NCBI RefSeq assembly: GCF_964188315.1
Contig: NC_135667.1
Location: 24,862,001 to 24,926,000, forward strand
DNA length: 64,000 nucleotides
From: Podarcis muralis
Lineage: Eukaryota
Direction: 5' to 3'
Shown: positions 21,037-32,716 of the stretch, piece by piece
Layout of the letters: each line of letters opens with the position of its first letter
How positions within the stretch are numbered: position 1 is the first letter of the stretch
The notes under the pieces: model-generated
The model's database searches: none
Told to the model about the DNA's origin: nothing
Seen by the model: only the letters and a program-made list of their open reading frames with translations
Translations under genes and position numbers: made by a program

Positions 21037-22878
21037 TTTTTTCTTTTTTAAATAATATTTATTAATAATTTCAGAATTACAGGGGAAAAAAGGATAAAGA
21101 ACAACTGCAATACATAAAAAGAAAAAAAGAAAAAAATGCAAAAATATAAAAACCAATACAACAATACGACAAAAAAGGAAATAAAAAAAACACAAATCCC
21201 GAATTACATATCTCCAACTTCCATTTGCTTGTTTCGTTGACCTCCTCACACCTCCCTTTTTGTATTCTAGTTTAGTTAGTTATTTCAGCAAATTCTTTCC
21301 ATCTTTCTCAATTTTTGTTAAATAATTTATCTCATCAATTTAACCTATTAATTGACTCAACAGATCCTTTCCATCTTTCCCCATATTCTGTTATTCAAAT
21401 TACCTTAATTTATTTAACCTTGTCTTACCATAAAATGCCCTAAGGCTTAAGACTTAATACTCAGTTATCCATAACTCCTGATATCATTTCTGCTAGAGTC
21501 ATATAGTTTCATTCCAACATTTCCCCTAATATTCATTCATTTTAGGCTATTTCCCCAAATAAGAAATTTTCGTTATAAATTTTATTCCAATCTTCATCCA
21601 ACGTCTCTTCTTCCTGGTCTCGGGTTGTGTCAGTCCTTACTGTCCATTCCATCTAGTCCATCAACCTGGAAGTCTTATGTCCGAGGCCCTTAAGTCTCTT
21701 CCATGCCCCTTCTGCAAATCTTCTTCTTTTTGTTTATACTTGCCCTTTTCCTTGTCTTTTGTTGGTCTCTTTCTTAATTTCTTCCCTTTCTCGTTGGGGA
21801 GCAGATCTCTGGGGAATTCCAACCCAAAATTGTCTCCATCTCCCTTCATCAAGGCCGCCCATTCCCCACAGTCCCACTCCCCACAGTCATTGGTGCAATC
21901 CAAAAGGTAATTAAAAGCATATTTCAAAGTCTCTCCAAAGTTAAGAACCTCCTCAGCTCCAGACTCCCCCTGGCCCACTCCAACTTCAATCTTCAATGAC
22001 AGCGGCTTATGCTCCTGTAGGGCCTCGGGTCTCTCCATTTGTATTGTTTGAGGTGCGACCGCATCCTCCTCCATTATCTTCTGCACTTGCCCAGTCGATA
22101 CAGGTTCATAGGTCGGTCCTTGAATGGTTTCTGTCTCAATATTCCCTGTTTGTCCACAGTTATTAACCACAACAGTCATCAAGTCCATTTTCTCATTCAT
22201 CAAATCCATCTTTTCGTGCATCTGTTCCAGCAAGGCACTTGTCTTGCATAAAGTAAGCACCCAAACTTCCTTCCAGCTCATACTTAGTCAAGGTCAAACA
22301 AGTCTGGTCCCACGATCTTAATCTGACAGCTGTTGAGTCCTCAAGTAGACTGTAGCAACAATTTAACAGGCTCCCTCTAGAGGAGACAATTTCTATTTGT
22401 ATCCATTTCTTTAAGGCAAGTCCAGCAAAGGAAAATTACTTTCATTTTTCGATATTTTGTTTCATTAGAATGCAAAAGGCAACATTGGAATCAGTTTATT
22501 TCTCTTCTTTAGTTATCTGTCAAAGTATTCCATTCACAGTCAATGAACCTCTCCGACTATTTCTGTCTCTGACACCCCGTTCCCAGGTTAGAGACGGTGG
22601 AAACTTCTTCACTCCCTCTCCTGCAGGGGTTAAACAAAGTCCCCCCCTTTTCTCCTGCTTCCAAGGGGGGTTCAGTAATTATAAATGAAGGAAATTAAGA
22701 CTTTTTTAACAACTTTCCTGGCTTTAGCTTACGCGGTTTTTGCTTTAGTCTATATACAAAAAGCGGAAGGCAGACTTCCTGTTTTGAACCTTCCCGCTTC
22801 GATGCCAAATTAAGATATTTCTTGATCCAATTTTCCGTTTCTACTCACGGGTACTTGTTTTAAATCCAATTGTTCACA
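21037..22878 (-). mobile_element. Poly(A)-tailed 1.84 kb retroelement with one short ORF (HAL1-like, probably L1-dependent), copy 1
   Basis: 16-bp TSD GGAACCTTCTGGTTTC (21021-21036, 22879-22894); A-rich tail and AATAAA on the minus strand; no RT; empty site at ~55330. Confidence 0.75.
21661..22281 (-). CDS. 206-aa ORF of the poly(A) element (coiled-coil-like N-terminus, acidic middle, basic C-terminus)
   Basis: ATG start; open and equal in length in both copies; homology unknown. Confidence 0.45.
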   Translation of the reverse strand: MSWKEVWVLTLCKTSALLEQMHEKMDLMNEKMDLMTVVVNNCGQTGNIETETIQGPTYEPVSTGQVQKIMEEDAVAPQTIQMERPEALQEHKPLSLKIEVGVGQGESGAEEVLNFGETLKYAFNYLLDCTNDCGEWDCGEWAALMKGDGDNFGLEFPRDLLPNEKGKKLRKRPTKDKEKGKYKQKEEDLQKGHGRDLRASDIRLPG

Positions 22879-24983
22879 GGAACCTTCTGGTTTCAACTGG
22901 ACGTTCTCAGACTCATTTCATTCTTTCTTTTTAAATAATGTTTTTATTTATTTTCATGGTACTAAGAGTTATATGACGTATGACTGGCTCAGTGTTCCCC
23001 ACTCCTTCTCCTCTCTCCCCCCCCCCCCCGCTGTGTTTTGGTCAGTGCTCAAAATTTCACCCAGGTGTTTATCTTGTGAACTGCCATGAGAGCTTGTGAT
23101 GAAGGTTGGTTTTAAAATCTAATAAGTAGTAAAATAATAATAATAACTCTAAGGAAATACTATATATTTCACCGGGGGGGGGGGGAATAGTTGGAAGGGT
23201 ATCCTTGAAACTACCATTTGCAATGCAGACATGGGGTTTTTCATCTGCTTCTGCTAATATTGGTCTCCAAATATAAATTTGTGGATTTTTTACATTCAAA
23301 TACAAGGGCCAGCACCTCTAATTCTATTTCTGTGTGGTTGCTTTTTGGGGTTGATGAGAGGGCGTGTAGCACATACTACTTGTCTCCAGAGTTTCCATAT
23401 CTATGTGAGATTTAATGTATATCAATGTTGACTTTGGTTGCCCTGGGCAAAATATAGTGACTGACATACGAATACATAAATTAACAACTTAACATTTGGT
23501 TGTTGTTTTTAAAAAAATCCATTATAAAAGCAGTTCCTATGCCTATTCTGGAGGCAACTATGGGCAATTCATAATCAGAATATTGTGTTCAAATCTTTAG
23601 ACTATGTTAGCATGCCATGTCTACAGAACATGAAGTTCTTTTCATTTATTCATAAAGATTCCACGCATTTGAGTACTTCCAGCCTTGTGAGGTCCAAAGG
23701 AACTTTGCAAGGAACATGTGTCACTTGTCTTTTTGGCTATAGTATTTAGATTTTATATACATCATTCACTTTGCCCATTCCTCCAAAAATATAAGGGTAC
23801 CTCTGTTCAATGTGAATGTCTTTTGTTTGGCAAATTGTGTGTCATCTTTCAGTGAATCCCAGAGCATGACTAGTTTTTTCTCCAAGCAATGGTTCTGTAT
23901 TCCCATACACTATCACAAATAGGATGAACACTATCTGTTCTGGGAAGCTGACGCCCAATTTCCTGTGTAGAATTACTTTCCCTGTGTGGATCTCATCTCT
24001 TACATTTTCCAAAAGGATGTGGTTTTGTTTTTTAAGATTTTGAGAAATTGTGTCAGTGGCCACTGTGTCAGATTCCCTCACTAAAGATGGGAGGTGGGAA
24101 GCATGACCAATTTCCTGGGTTTCTAAAAGATACAACTCTCCCTAGTAACAACACTGGAGACATTTTAACTCTTTGTCGGTAAAAAACAGCCAGGTGTTCT
24201 TATGGGAAGGATGCCCTGTGTCCACTTATCTCCACCAAAGGTGCAAAGTAATGAGGAGGCACTTCTGGAACAAAGATGGAATTTTATAGATTTACATTCA
24301 TTGAGGATTCAAACTTAATAGTCACTCTCTTAAGGCACAACACTTCATTTTAGAAATGTTACTTGGGGGGGCGCAAGTTTCAGGCAAAAACTCTTTACAC
24401 AGAAATTTTAAACCCCAGTCAAAACACTAGTTTAAAACTAGTCTCAGGATAGACTTTTCCCAACTAAAATGGATATTTGTGTCACTGCCTAGCAAGAATC
24501 TCACAGCCCCTTCTAGGGTTTTTTCCTTAGCCTCAAGGAAGCAAATTGGGTAGCCCTCTAAAACTAATCCCAAAATCCATTCAGAAAAGGTCCTTCTCAT
24601 CTGAAGTTCCTAAACAAGGGCTCATCCACATTTTTCCTTTTCCCATGGCTAGAAACCAAGGATGTGAGTAGGTTTTTTCCTCTCCTTTCTGTAGGAAAAC
24701 CCACTTTAGCTTTATATAAAAAGAAATGACAATCCCAGAAAAGCTGATTGCCAGATGAATGCACTGGGTCAGAAAGGGTACACATGCACTATATGACAGA
24801 CATTCCCTCTTTAAATGTATGATTAACAGGCTATGTGAACAGAGATGCAACATTGTTAATGGTACATCTAAGCTGGAGGAACACAAGATGTCATTGTGAC
24901 ACCTGGCAGATTTTGAGTCTGCATATCAAAATGTTTCTAGAAGCTGTAACTGGTCATATCTCCACAGATCCCAATGCTTATAC

Positions 24984-25961
24984 CTACAGAGAGAAGTGTA
25001 ATCGTTTCAGTATAAGTCTGGAAAAAATATTAATAGAAGACTGCTTCACACCCAAGAGCTTTGATACAGCATTTTTAATCTCCTTATTTCTCATGCTGTA
25101 AATCATTGGATTGAACATGGGTGGTACAATGGTATACATCACAGTTATTGCAAAGTCCCCATTAGATGGAATTTTTGAAGGAGGCCTAAGATAAGCAAAT
25201 GCTGCTGTGAAACAAAATACGGAGAAGACAACAAGGTGAGGTATGCAAGTGGAGAAGGCCTTTTTCCTTCCCTCAACAGAAGGAACTTTCAGAACCACAG
25301 TAAAGATGTGCACATAAGTGACAACAATGAAGACAAAACATCCAGACATAAGTATTACACTCACTACTATAGCTCCAATTTCCATTAGGTATATGTTAGA
25401 GCAGGCAAGTGTAAGTAACTGTGGAATCTCACAAAAGAACTGATTGACAATGTTTGAGCAGAAAGGAGTCACAAAAGTTGCACTAGTGTGCATGGCCGCA
25501 TTGAGAAAGCCAGAGACCCACACACCAGCAACCATTTGTTTGCAGGCTGCCCTGTTCATCACCATTTCATATTGTAATGGATGGCAAATGGCAACATAGC
25601 GATCGTATGCCATGACTGTAAGAAGGGAAACATCAGATGATGAGAAAAAGAAAAATGAAAGAACTTGAGCAATACATCCAGTGTAAGATATGTGTCTGAT
25701 ATTCATGAGGGAATTGGCCATCGATTTAGGGATGGTGACAGAAACAGCCCCTAGGTCCTGGATGGCCAAATTCATCAGAAAGAAGTACATGGGAGTGTGA
25801 AGGTGGTGGTCAAAAGCTATGGCAGAGATGATGAGAAGATTCCCAAGTACAATTACCATGTACAATACCAGGAACAGAGAGAAGTGTAGAATCTGCAGTT
25901 CCCGTACAGCTGAAAACTCCAGGAGTAGAAATTCAGAGACAGTGGATTCATTGGCATTCAT
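24984..25961 (-). CDS. Olfactory receptor OR4 (A-type), intact, 325 aa, 3-aa N-terminal deletion
   Basis: Full OR motifs; MNANEST versus MNAKIANESS in OR6. Confidence 0.95.
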   Translation of the reverse strand: MNANESTVSEFLLLEFSAVRELQILHFSLFLVLYMVIVLGNLLIISAIAFDHHLHTPMYFFLMNLAIQDLGAVSVTIPKSMANSLMNIRHISYTGCIAQVLSFFFFSSSDVSLLTVMAYDRYVAICHPLQYEMVMNRAACKQMVAGVWVSGFLNAAMHTSATFVTPFCSNIVNQFFCEIPQLLTLACSNIYLMEIGAIVVSVILMSGCFVFIVVTYVHIFTVVLKVPSVEGRKKAFSTCIPHLVVFSVFCFTAAFAYLRPPSKIPSNGDFAITVMYTIVPPMFNPMIYSMRNKEIKNAVSKLLGVKQSSINIFSRLILKRLHFSL

Positions 25962-28335
25962 TACTAAAATGATCGGTGCTTCTAGAAGAAAACAGGAAGA
26001 TAGGTATAGGTTTAAGTCCTCTTCTGATAACTTATATTTGGTAACCAATACTGCTTTGGATGTGGTTTTGTGGGAAATAGATTTAAAAGAAATAAGTGAA
26101 CAAAATAGTGTAATAATAAATCTTCATCAGAAGGAGAACTTAGCTTTCAGCTCCATATTGATACTGCACCATCGTCCTAAGATAAACTACTGCTAAGTAG
26201 TGCTTTTTCTTCTGGGAATTATAGGGGCAGAACTACCCAAACAGTATAGAAATTTATTCATGCATGTGACTACAGCAGCAAGAAATTTGGCTTAGCTTGT
26301 CATGGAAACCAGGTCACTGGTTTTTCTATGTGCAGTCTATGTCAGGTTTCAGGAAAAACCTAAAACAAGCACTATTTCCCATTCTACACAATAGACTATA
26401 GTAGCATTGTTTGCATTTTGTTCTCCGAAAGCTATCCAGGTATAACTAATGTTATAAAGTTAAACATCTTACTATTTTTCTTTATAAAAAATAGATTTCC
26501 AGATGCAATTTCTTCATCACTTTAAGATGTTCTGTATTCTTCTAGCCGCTCGTGGATCTTTTTTTCTTTTTTAAAAATCTCTCCGTCCTTTTCTTCTGAG
26601 ACAGTGAAAATGTTTGTATATATTTGCAGAACGATGATTTTACCATGGGGTGAAAAATTAATACCATTATTATATTTATGTTCTTGGGAGCTTGGTCTCA
26701 AGAGCCCCAAACAAAATAGCAATTGTTTTCCTGGATGCTTGGACTCAAGAGTCCCACACGAAACAACCATGGTGTTTTTTTAAGACTTTGCCCCATGGGT
26801 CTAACACAAATACTGAAGATATGCAACTAAACCATCCTGTTTCAAAACAACTTACTATATAATATTTAAAATACTTGTGTGAGATATGACCAGCTCAGTA
26901 TCCCCACCCCCACCCCCGCCGCTGTGTTCTTCCTACTTCTGCTATTCTTTCCTCCCTTTTATGATATCTGAACTAGATACGGTACTTTCTGTTGCATTTG
27001 AATATTTGACAATCCGAGGTCTGTATTTGATATGATCTGGGAGTTACTTTCTGTTAAGAGCCCTACATGTCTATATGATACCATCATACCTTTTGACCGT
27101 CACCTTTGGTTGTAGTGGGATGTATGTTCATAACCCTGTGCCATCATACATTTTTGCCTCTGTCTCTTTTGTATCTGAGACTGAACACCTTGTGTTAACT
27201 CAGAGTTAATGTGTTCTGCATGTTGTAGTCTGGACCTGAGTTTTCTATTAAACTAGAGCTCAGGAGGGGATCTTCGTTTATCTAGTTATGTGGCCCAGTC
27301 ATTTTGTAATGTGAAATAAAGATCTGTTTTGAGTCTAAGGGTTTTTCCATAAATGCTTTATAATTTTTACATTGCTTTCTGCCACCCCACTAGTTCAGTG
27401 GCATGCAGTGAAATTTCTCATGGAGGAACAGTTGGGGCTAGAGGCACTAGCTTGCAAGGAGCATATATAACCATCTGAAGAGTATTATTTTGCCCTATCT
27501 CAGTTCAGTGCATGCACTTGTAGGGACTGGCAATTTTTAAACTATCGGTTCACACATACCACCTCACAGTCAGTCTCACTGCTTATCTCACTGTGCTAAA
27601 AGCTCTGGGTAATGCAAGAGCCACCACTAAATTTCAACCAGGTGTAAACTCTAAGGAAATACCATGGATTTCACCTGGAGAAAAATAATACTTGGAGTGT
27701 TCTTGAGGCCCTTGCTTGCAAAGGTGACTAACAGTTTGTGGTTTGTCCTGCTTATATTGGTCTCCCACATAGAAAGGTGTGAATTGTTTTACATTCAGCA
27801 CCTCTTTTTTCTATTTGTGTCCTGAACATATTCAAAAACTTGCTGTAGTCATTCATCAGGTTCTGTGATAATACTACCACAAGCAAGGATTTCATGTATA
27901 TCTTACTGCTATCAATTCCTTTAAAAATGTGATACATTGTCTTGTTGGTGTAATATGAACAATAGGTTAAATTACAGAGTGCTTGGGCTCATGTCTTAAG
28001 GCGCACATCCACCATGTCTGAATGTTCTGAGATAAGGTTGCCAGGTGCACTTTGTTACCATGGCAACAGCAACGAGGTTGAGTATATGACTTACTGAGCC
28101 ATTGCTTCAGGAATTATGTCTACACATAGACAAAGGTATAATAATCTCCAGGGCTTTGCATTCATTATGGTTTTGTTGTGCACTTCCTGTTGCTGTCCTG
28201 CTTGCGTGTCAGGGCCTGAATGTGTGAGAGAAAGGGGAAGAGGTTGTAGGTTTTACAAAGCAGTATTAGCTAGCATGGTGATAGTGTTAGCAGATCTCTA
28301 TACATATATATCTTTACTTCAATGTCCAGAAGAAC

Positions 28336-29008
28336 TGTACACCGGAATCTCCGGAATGTAGCCTTATTGGAATTTACCAATTGGGTCAGCGTTGCTCCAG
28401 GACAGGAGGAAGGAAGTCAAACGACACCTGAGGTTGATTCAAAGAAAGAGTTTATTCTGCTGTCCGGATAGCAGAAGGCACTTGCGTGATCAAGTCCACA
28501 GCAAGTCCAAAGAACTGACAGGTTTCATGCAGTTTATATATCCTCCAGGCACCCTCTCACTCCTCCCCTAGGAGTCCAACCACGTCGGCCTACGTACACA
28601 GGTTGACATCAAATATGTTCCTGCTCTGGTACTCTCAACCATAAAAGGATCTTCCTTCCTGCACTCCTGACCATAAAAGGATCTTCCTCTTCCTACTCTT
28701 ATCTGGGAGAATAGGTCATCATCTGTGTGTACATGCTCTGGCGCTGTTCCCAGATTGGGTCTGCTCGTCTTTGTGGTCAGCACATAATATAAAGTTCTGA
28801 CGTGTCTTCTCTCTGTTCTGTTCTACTACTGGTACAGTGAAGGCCATAGTTGCCATCACAAGTGATAAAGGAGAGGGCTCTGTTCTTGTTATGGATTTAC
28901 TCAATGGCTTGAGTTTATGCATTTTAGCTAAGGAAAAATAGGGATTTTGGTGCAGTTTAAAAACTGCCTGCACAGTCAGTTTTTGGGTTTTGGAAACCCA
29001 TTCCTTCA
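28336..29008 (-). mobile_element. Probable ERV-like solo LTR, 673 bp (copy 1)
   Basis: Minus strand starts TGAAGG and ends GTACA; TATA (GATATATAAAC), downstream AATAAA, duplicated GGAAGATCCTTTTATGGT; no TSD found. Confidence 0.55.
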
Positions 29009-29810
29009 GGAAGAAATATCAACAACCTCAGATATGCAGATGACACAACCAGGATGGCAAAAAGTGAGGAGGAATTAAAGAACCTTTTAATGAGGGTGAA
29101 AGAGGAGAGCGCAAAATATGGTCTGAAGCTCAACATCAAAAAAACGAAAATCATGGCCACTGGGCCCATCACCTCCTGGCAAATGGAAGGGGAAGAAATG
29201 GAGGCAGTGAGAGATTTTACCTTCTTGGGTTCCTTGATCACTGCAGATGGTGACAGCAGCCACGAAATTAAAAGATGCCTGCTCCTTGGGAGAAAGGCGA
29301 TGGCAAACCTAGACAGCATCTTAAAAAGCAGAGACATCACCTTGCCAACCAAGGACCGTATAGTGAAAGCCATGGTTTTCCCAGTAGTGATGTATGGAAG
29401 TGAAAGCTGGACCATAAAGAAGGCTGATCGCCGAAGAATTGATGCTTTTGAATTATGGTGCTGGAGGAGACTCTTGAGAGTCCCATGGACTGCAAGAAGA
29501 TCAAACACATCCATTCTTAAGGAAATTAGCCCTGAGTGCTCATTGGAAGGACAGATCGTGAACCTGAGGCTCCAATACTTTGGCCACCTCATGAGAAGAG
29601 AAGACTCCCTGGAAAAGACCCTGATTTTGGGAAAGATGGAGGGCACAAGGAGAAGGGGACGACAGAGGACGAGATGGTTGGACAGTGTTTTCGAAGCTAC
29701 AAACATGAGTCTGACCAAACTGCGGGAGGCAGTGGAAGACAGGAGTGCCTGGCCTGCTCTGGTCCATGGAGTCACGAAGAGTTGGACATGACTAAACAAC
29801 TAAACAACAA
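29009..29810 (+). mobile_element. 5'-truncated BovB LINE (copy 1)
   Basis: NNLRYADDT RT motif, RTE C-terminus, CTAAACAAC tail. Confidence 0.92.
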
Positions 29811-30062
29811 ATGTGCATAAACACAAACTCTTTATGTGTATTGGTATTTTCCATTTAAATACAATGTTCACCTTGCCTATTCCTTAAAAGAAATAAGGAT
29901 ACCTCTGTTCAATATGAAGTCTTTTGTGTGGCTTATTGTGTGTCGTCTTTCAATAAGTCCCAGAGCATGAAAAGTTTTTAGTCCTAGCAAAAGTTCTGTA
30001 TTCACATAATATTGTAAATGGGATAGCCTCCATCTGATCTTGGAAGCTGACCCTCAATTCTC

Positions 30063-30447
30063 TGCTGGCATACAACCAAGGAAGCGGGGGCAATTGGGAG
30101 GCCCCCAGCTGGCTCCATCCCACCAGCTGGTGTACCGGACAAACTCCAGTCCTTGGTGCCACATGAATCAGCGGCCCAAACTTCAAAAGCTAGGGCATGC
30201 TCTAATCAGCAGAGATAACGCTGCACAACAGAAGTATGTGTGAGTATATTTACAAGCAGTTTATTCAGCATACATCAGGACAAAAGGAAAACATGTCTGA
30301 TCCCCTTCATGCCCAAAGCAAGCAGCATAAGCAATATCTATACACAAAACGAAAGTTCCCAGCAAGCTGCGCTAAAGTGTAAACAGGCATGTGACATACA
30401 ACAATTCCACACGTCTGTTCTTAAGGTGGAACGGAATTATGCCAACA
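30063..30447 (-). mobile_element. Solo LTR, 385 bp (copy 2)
   Basis: Same ends and TTCTC TSD as 16537-16921. Confidence 0.8.
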
Positions 30448-31738
30448 TTCTCTGTGTGGAATTACTTCTCCAGTGTAAAACTACAGTCTAATATTTTGTT
30501 TCTAAAAGGACTAGGTTTTTGTTTTGTTTTGTTGTTTAAGATTCTGATACTTTGTGTCAGTGATCACGGTGTCAGACTCTCTCACTGAAAATAGGAACTG
30601 GATAGCGTGAGCAATTTTCTGTTTAAAAGATACAACTCTCCTTATTAACAACACTGGAGACTTCAGTTTCCTTACACTTAATGTGGGTTCCAGCTTTATG
30701 GCTACTCTTCAAAGGCACAACACTTCATTTTATACATGCATATTTATGTAAGGCACAGCATGTAGTTTCAGGCAGACACTCTTTACATTGAACTTTAAAA
30801 CCCCAGTCAGCACTTTTCTTCAAACTTCTTCTCAGGATAGACTATTTCCACTTACAATGGGCATTTGTTTAACTGCCCTAGCAACTATATTACAACCCCT
30901 TCTAAGATTTTTAATTCCCCTTCAAGGAATCAAATTGGTTATCCATGTTTAGTTACAGTAGTTCCTAATCCAAATCAGAAAAGGTCCTTCTCTCTTCAGG
31001 TTGCTGTCTAAATGACAAACAGTGCCTATCAAACTGGCATACAATCCCAATCTGTTTGACAGCAAAGTTCTGTATTTTTTACTCACCAGTTCTTCCAGAT
31101 TGGTTGGCGTTCTAACAAACTCTGACTGCTGCTGACTCAAGATCTGTCCATTGCAGTCACATTTATCTATGCTGCTATTCCATCACACTTCCATTTCTTT
31201 CTAAGGGAATGGTGAATTCCTCTGGTCCCTGTTCTGTTCTTGTTTCAGGAGTGATATAAAAATCTGCACTGGCGGGTGATGAGGTGTGTCTCTTTTGTGT
31301 TTTCTCCTGAGCTTCCTTTAGATGGCAACATATTTTTGCAAAGAGGTTGTATTATTTCCCATGCATACTGACACTTCCCTATCACAGGGCAGTTTTTGTA
31401 TTTCTGACTGCCTCCAACATGCATGTACTTTTTGCTGAGATGTTAATTCAGATATGTGTGCGTGTGGCATTCCAGTAAATCTATGAAATCTAGGCAACGC
31501 CAAAAATCATTTCATCTAGCTGCTGTCACTCCTTTGAAAACCTGAATACTCTGTTAAAATGGCTCTTTGCATGATGTGGGGTGACAGAGTAGACAGGAAA
31601 CATGACCTGTTACTATCCATAAACCAGAGGATTAAGTGCTACTGAGATGTGTTCAGCCTGTTGTAGGCCACTTTGAAAACCATGCAAGTGAACAAGGAAG
31701 ATTTAACTTGAAATGATGCTATATTCCAGGAACTCCCT

Positions 31739-32716
31739 TTAATTACACCTTTTCAGAACATGCCTGGAAAATATATCCAGAGGAGATTTCCTCAAACCCA
31801 ACAGTTTTGATAATGCATTTTTTATCTCCTTATTTCTCATGCTGTAGATTATTGGATTGAACATGGGTGGAACAAGACTATACATCACAGTTAATGCAAA
31901 GTCCCCATCAGATGGAGTCTTAGAGGGAGGCCTAAGGTAAGCAAAACATGAAGTGAAACAAAATACGGAGAAGACAACAAGGTGAGGTATGCAAGTGGAG
32001 AAGGCCTTTTTCCTTCCCTCAACAGAAGGGATTTTTAGAACTGCAGTAAAGATGTGCACATAAGTGACAACAATGAAGACAAAACATCCAGACAGAAGTA
32101 TTACACTCACCACTATAGCTCCAATTTCCATTAGGTAGAAGTTTGAGCAGGCAAGTGTAAGTATCTGTGGGATCTCACAAAAGAACTGATTGACAATGTT
32201 GGAGCAGAAAGGAGTTGCAAAAGTTGCACTAGTGTGCATGACTGCATACAGAAGCCCAGCGACCCACACACCAGCAACCATTTGTTTGCAGGCTGCCCTG
32301 TTCATCAACATTTCATATTGTAATGGATTGCAAATGGCAACATAGCGATCGTATGCCATGACTGTAAGAAGGGAAAAATCAGATGTTACAAAGAAAACAA
32401 AGAAAAGAACTTGAGCAATGCATCCAGTGTAAGAAATGTGTCTGGTATTCATGAGAGAATTCACAATGGATTTGGGGATGGTGACTGAAACAGCCCCTAG
32501 GTCCTGGATGGCTAAATGCATCAGAAAGAAGTACATAGGAGTGTGAAGGTGGTGGTCAAAAGCTATAGCAGAGATGATGAGAAGATTCCCAAATACAGTT
32601 GCCAGATACAATGCCAGGAACAGAGAGAAGTGTAGAATCTGCAGTTCTCGTATTGCTGAGAACTCCAGGAGCAGAAATTCAGAGACAGAGGATTCATTAC
32701 TTATTTTCTCCTTCAT
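31739..32716 (-). CDS. Olfactory receptor OR5 (B-type), intact, 325 aa
   Basis: Full OR motifs; ATG at 32716. Confidence 0.95.
   Translation of the reverse strand: MKEKISNESSVSEFLLLEFSAIRELQILHFSLFLALYLATVFGNLLIISAIAFDHHLHTPMYFFLMHLAIQDLGAVSVTIPKSIVNSLMNTRHISYTGCIAQVLFFVFFVTSDFSLLTVMAYDRYVAICNPLQYEMLMNRAACKQMVAGVWVAGLLYAVMHTSATFATPFCSNIVNQFFCEIPQILTLACSNFYLMEIGAIVVSVILLSGCFVFIVVTYVHIFTAVLKIPSVEGRKKAFSTCIPHLVVFSVFCFTSCFAYLRPPSKTPSDGDFALTVMYSLVPPMFNPIIYSMRNKEIKNALSKLLGLRKSPLDIFSRHVLKRCN

Noticed and set aside
28957-29799. 280-aa and 272-aa antisense ORFs over BovB (also 42398-43216), and antisense ORFs over CR1 and pol
   Set aside because: Shadow frames of TE coding sequence.
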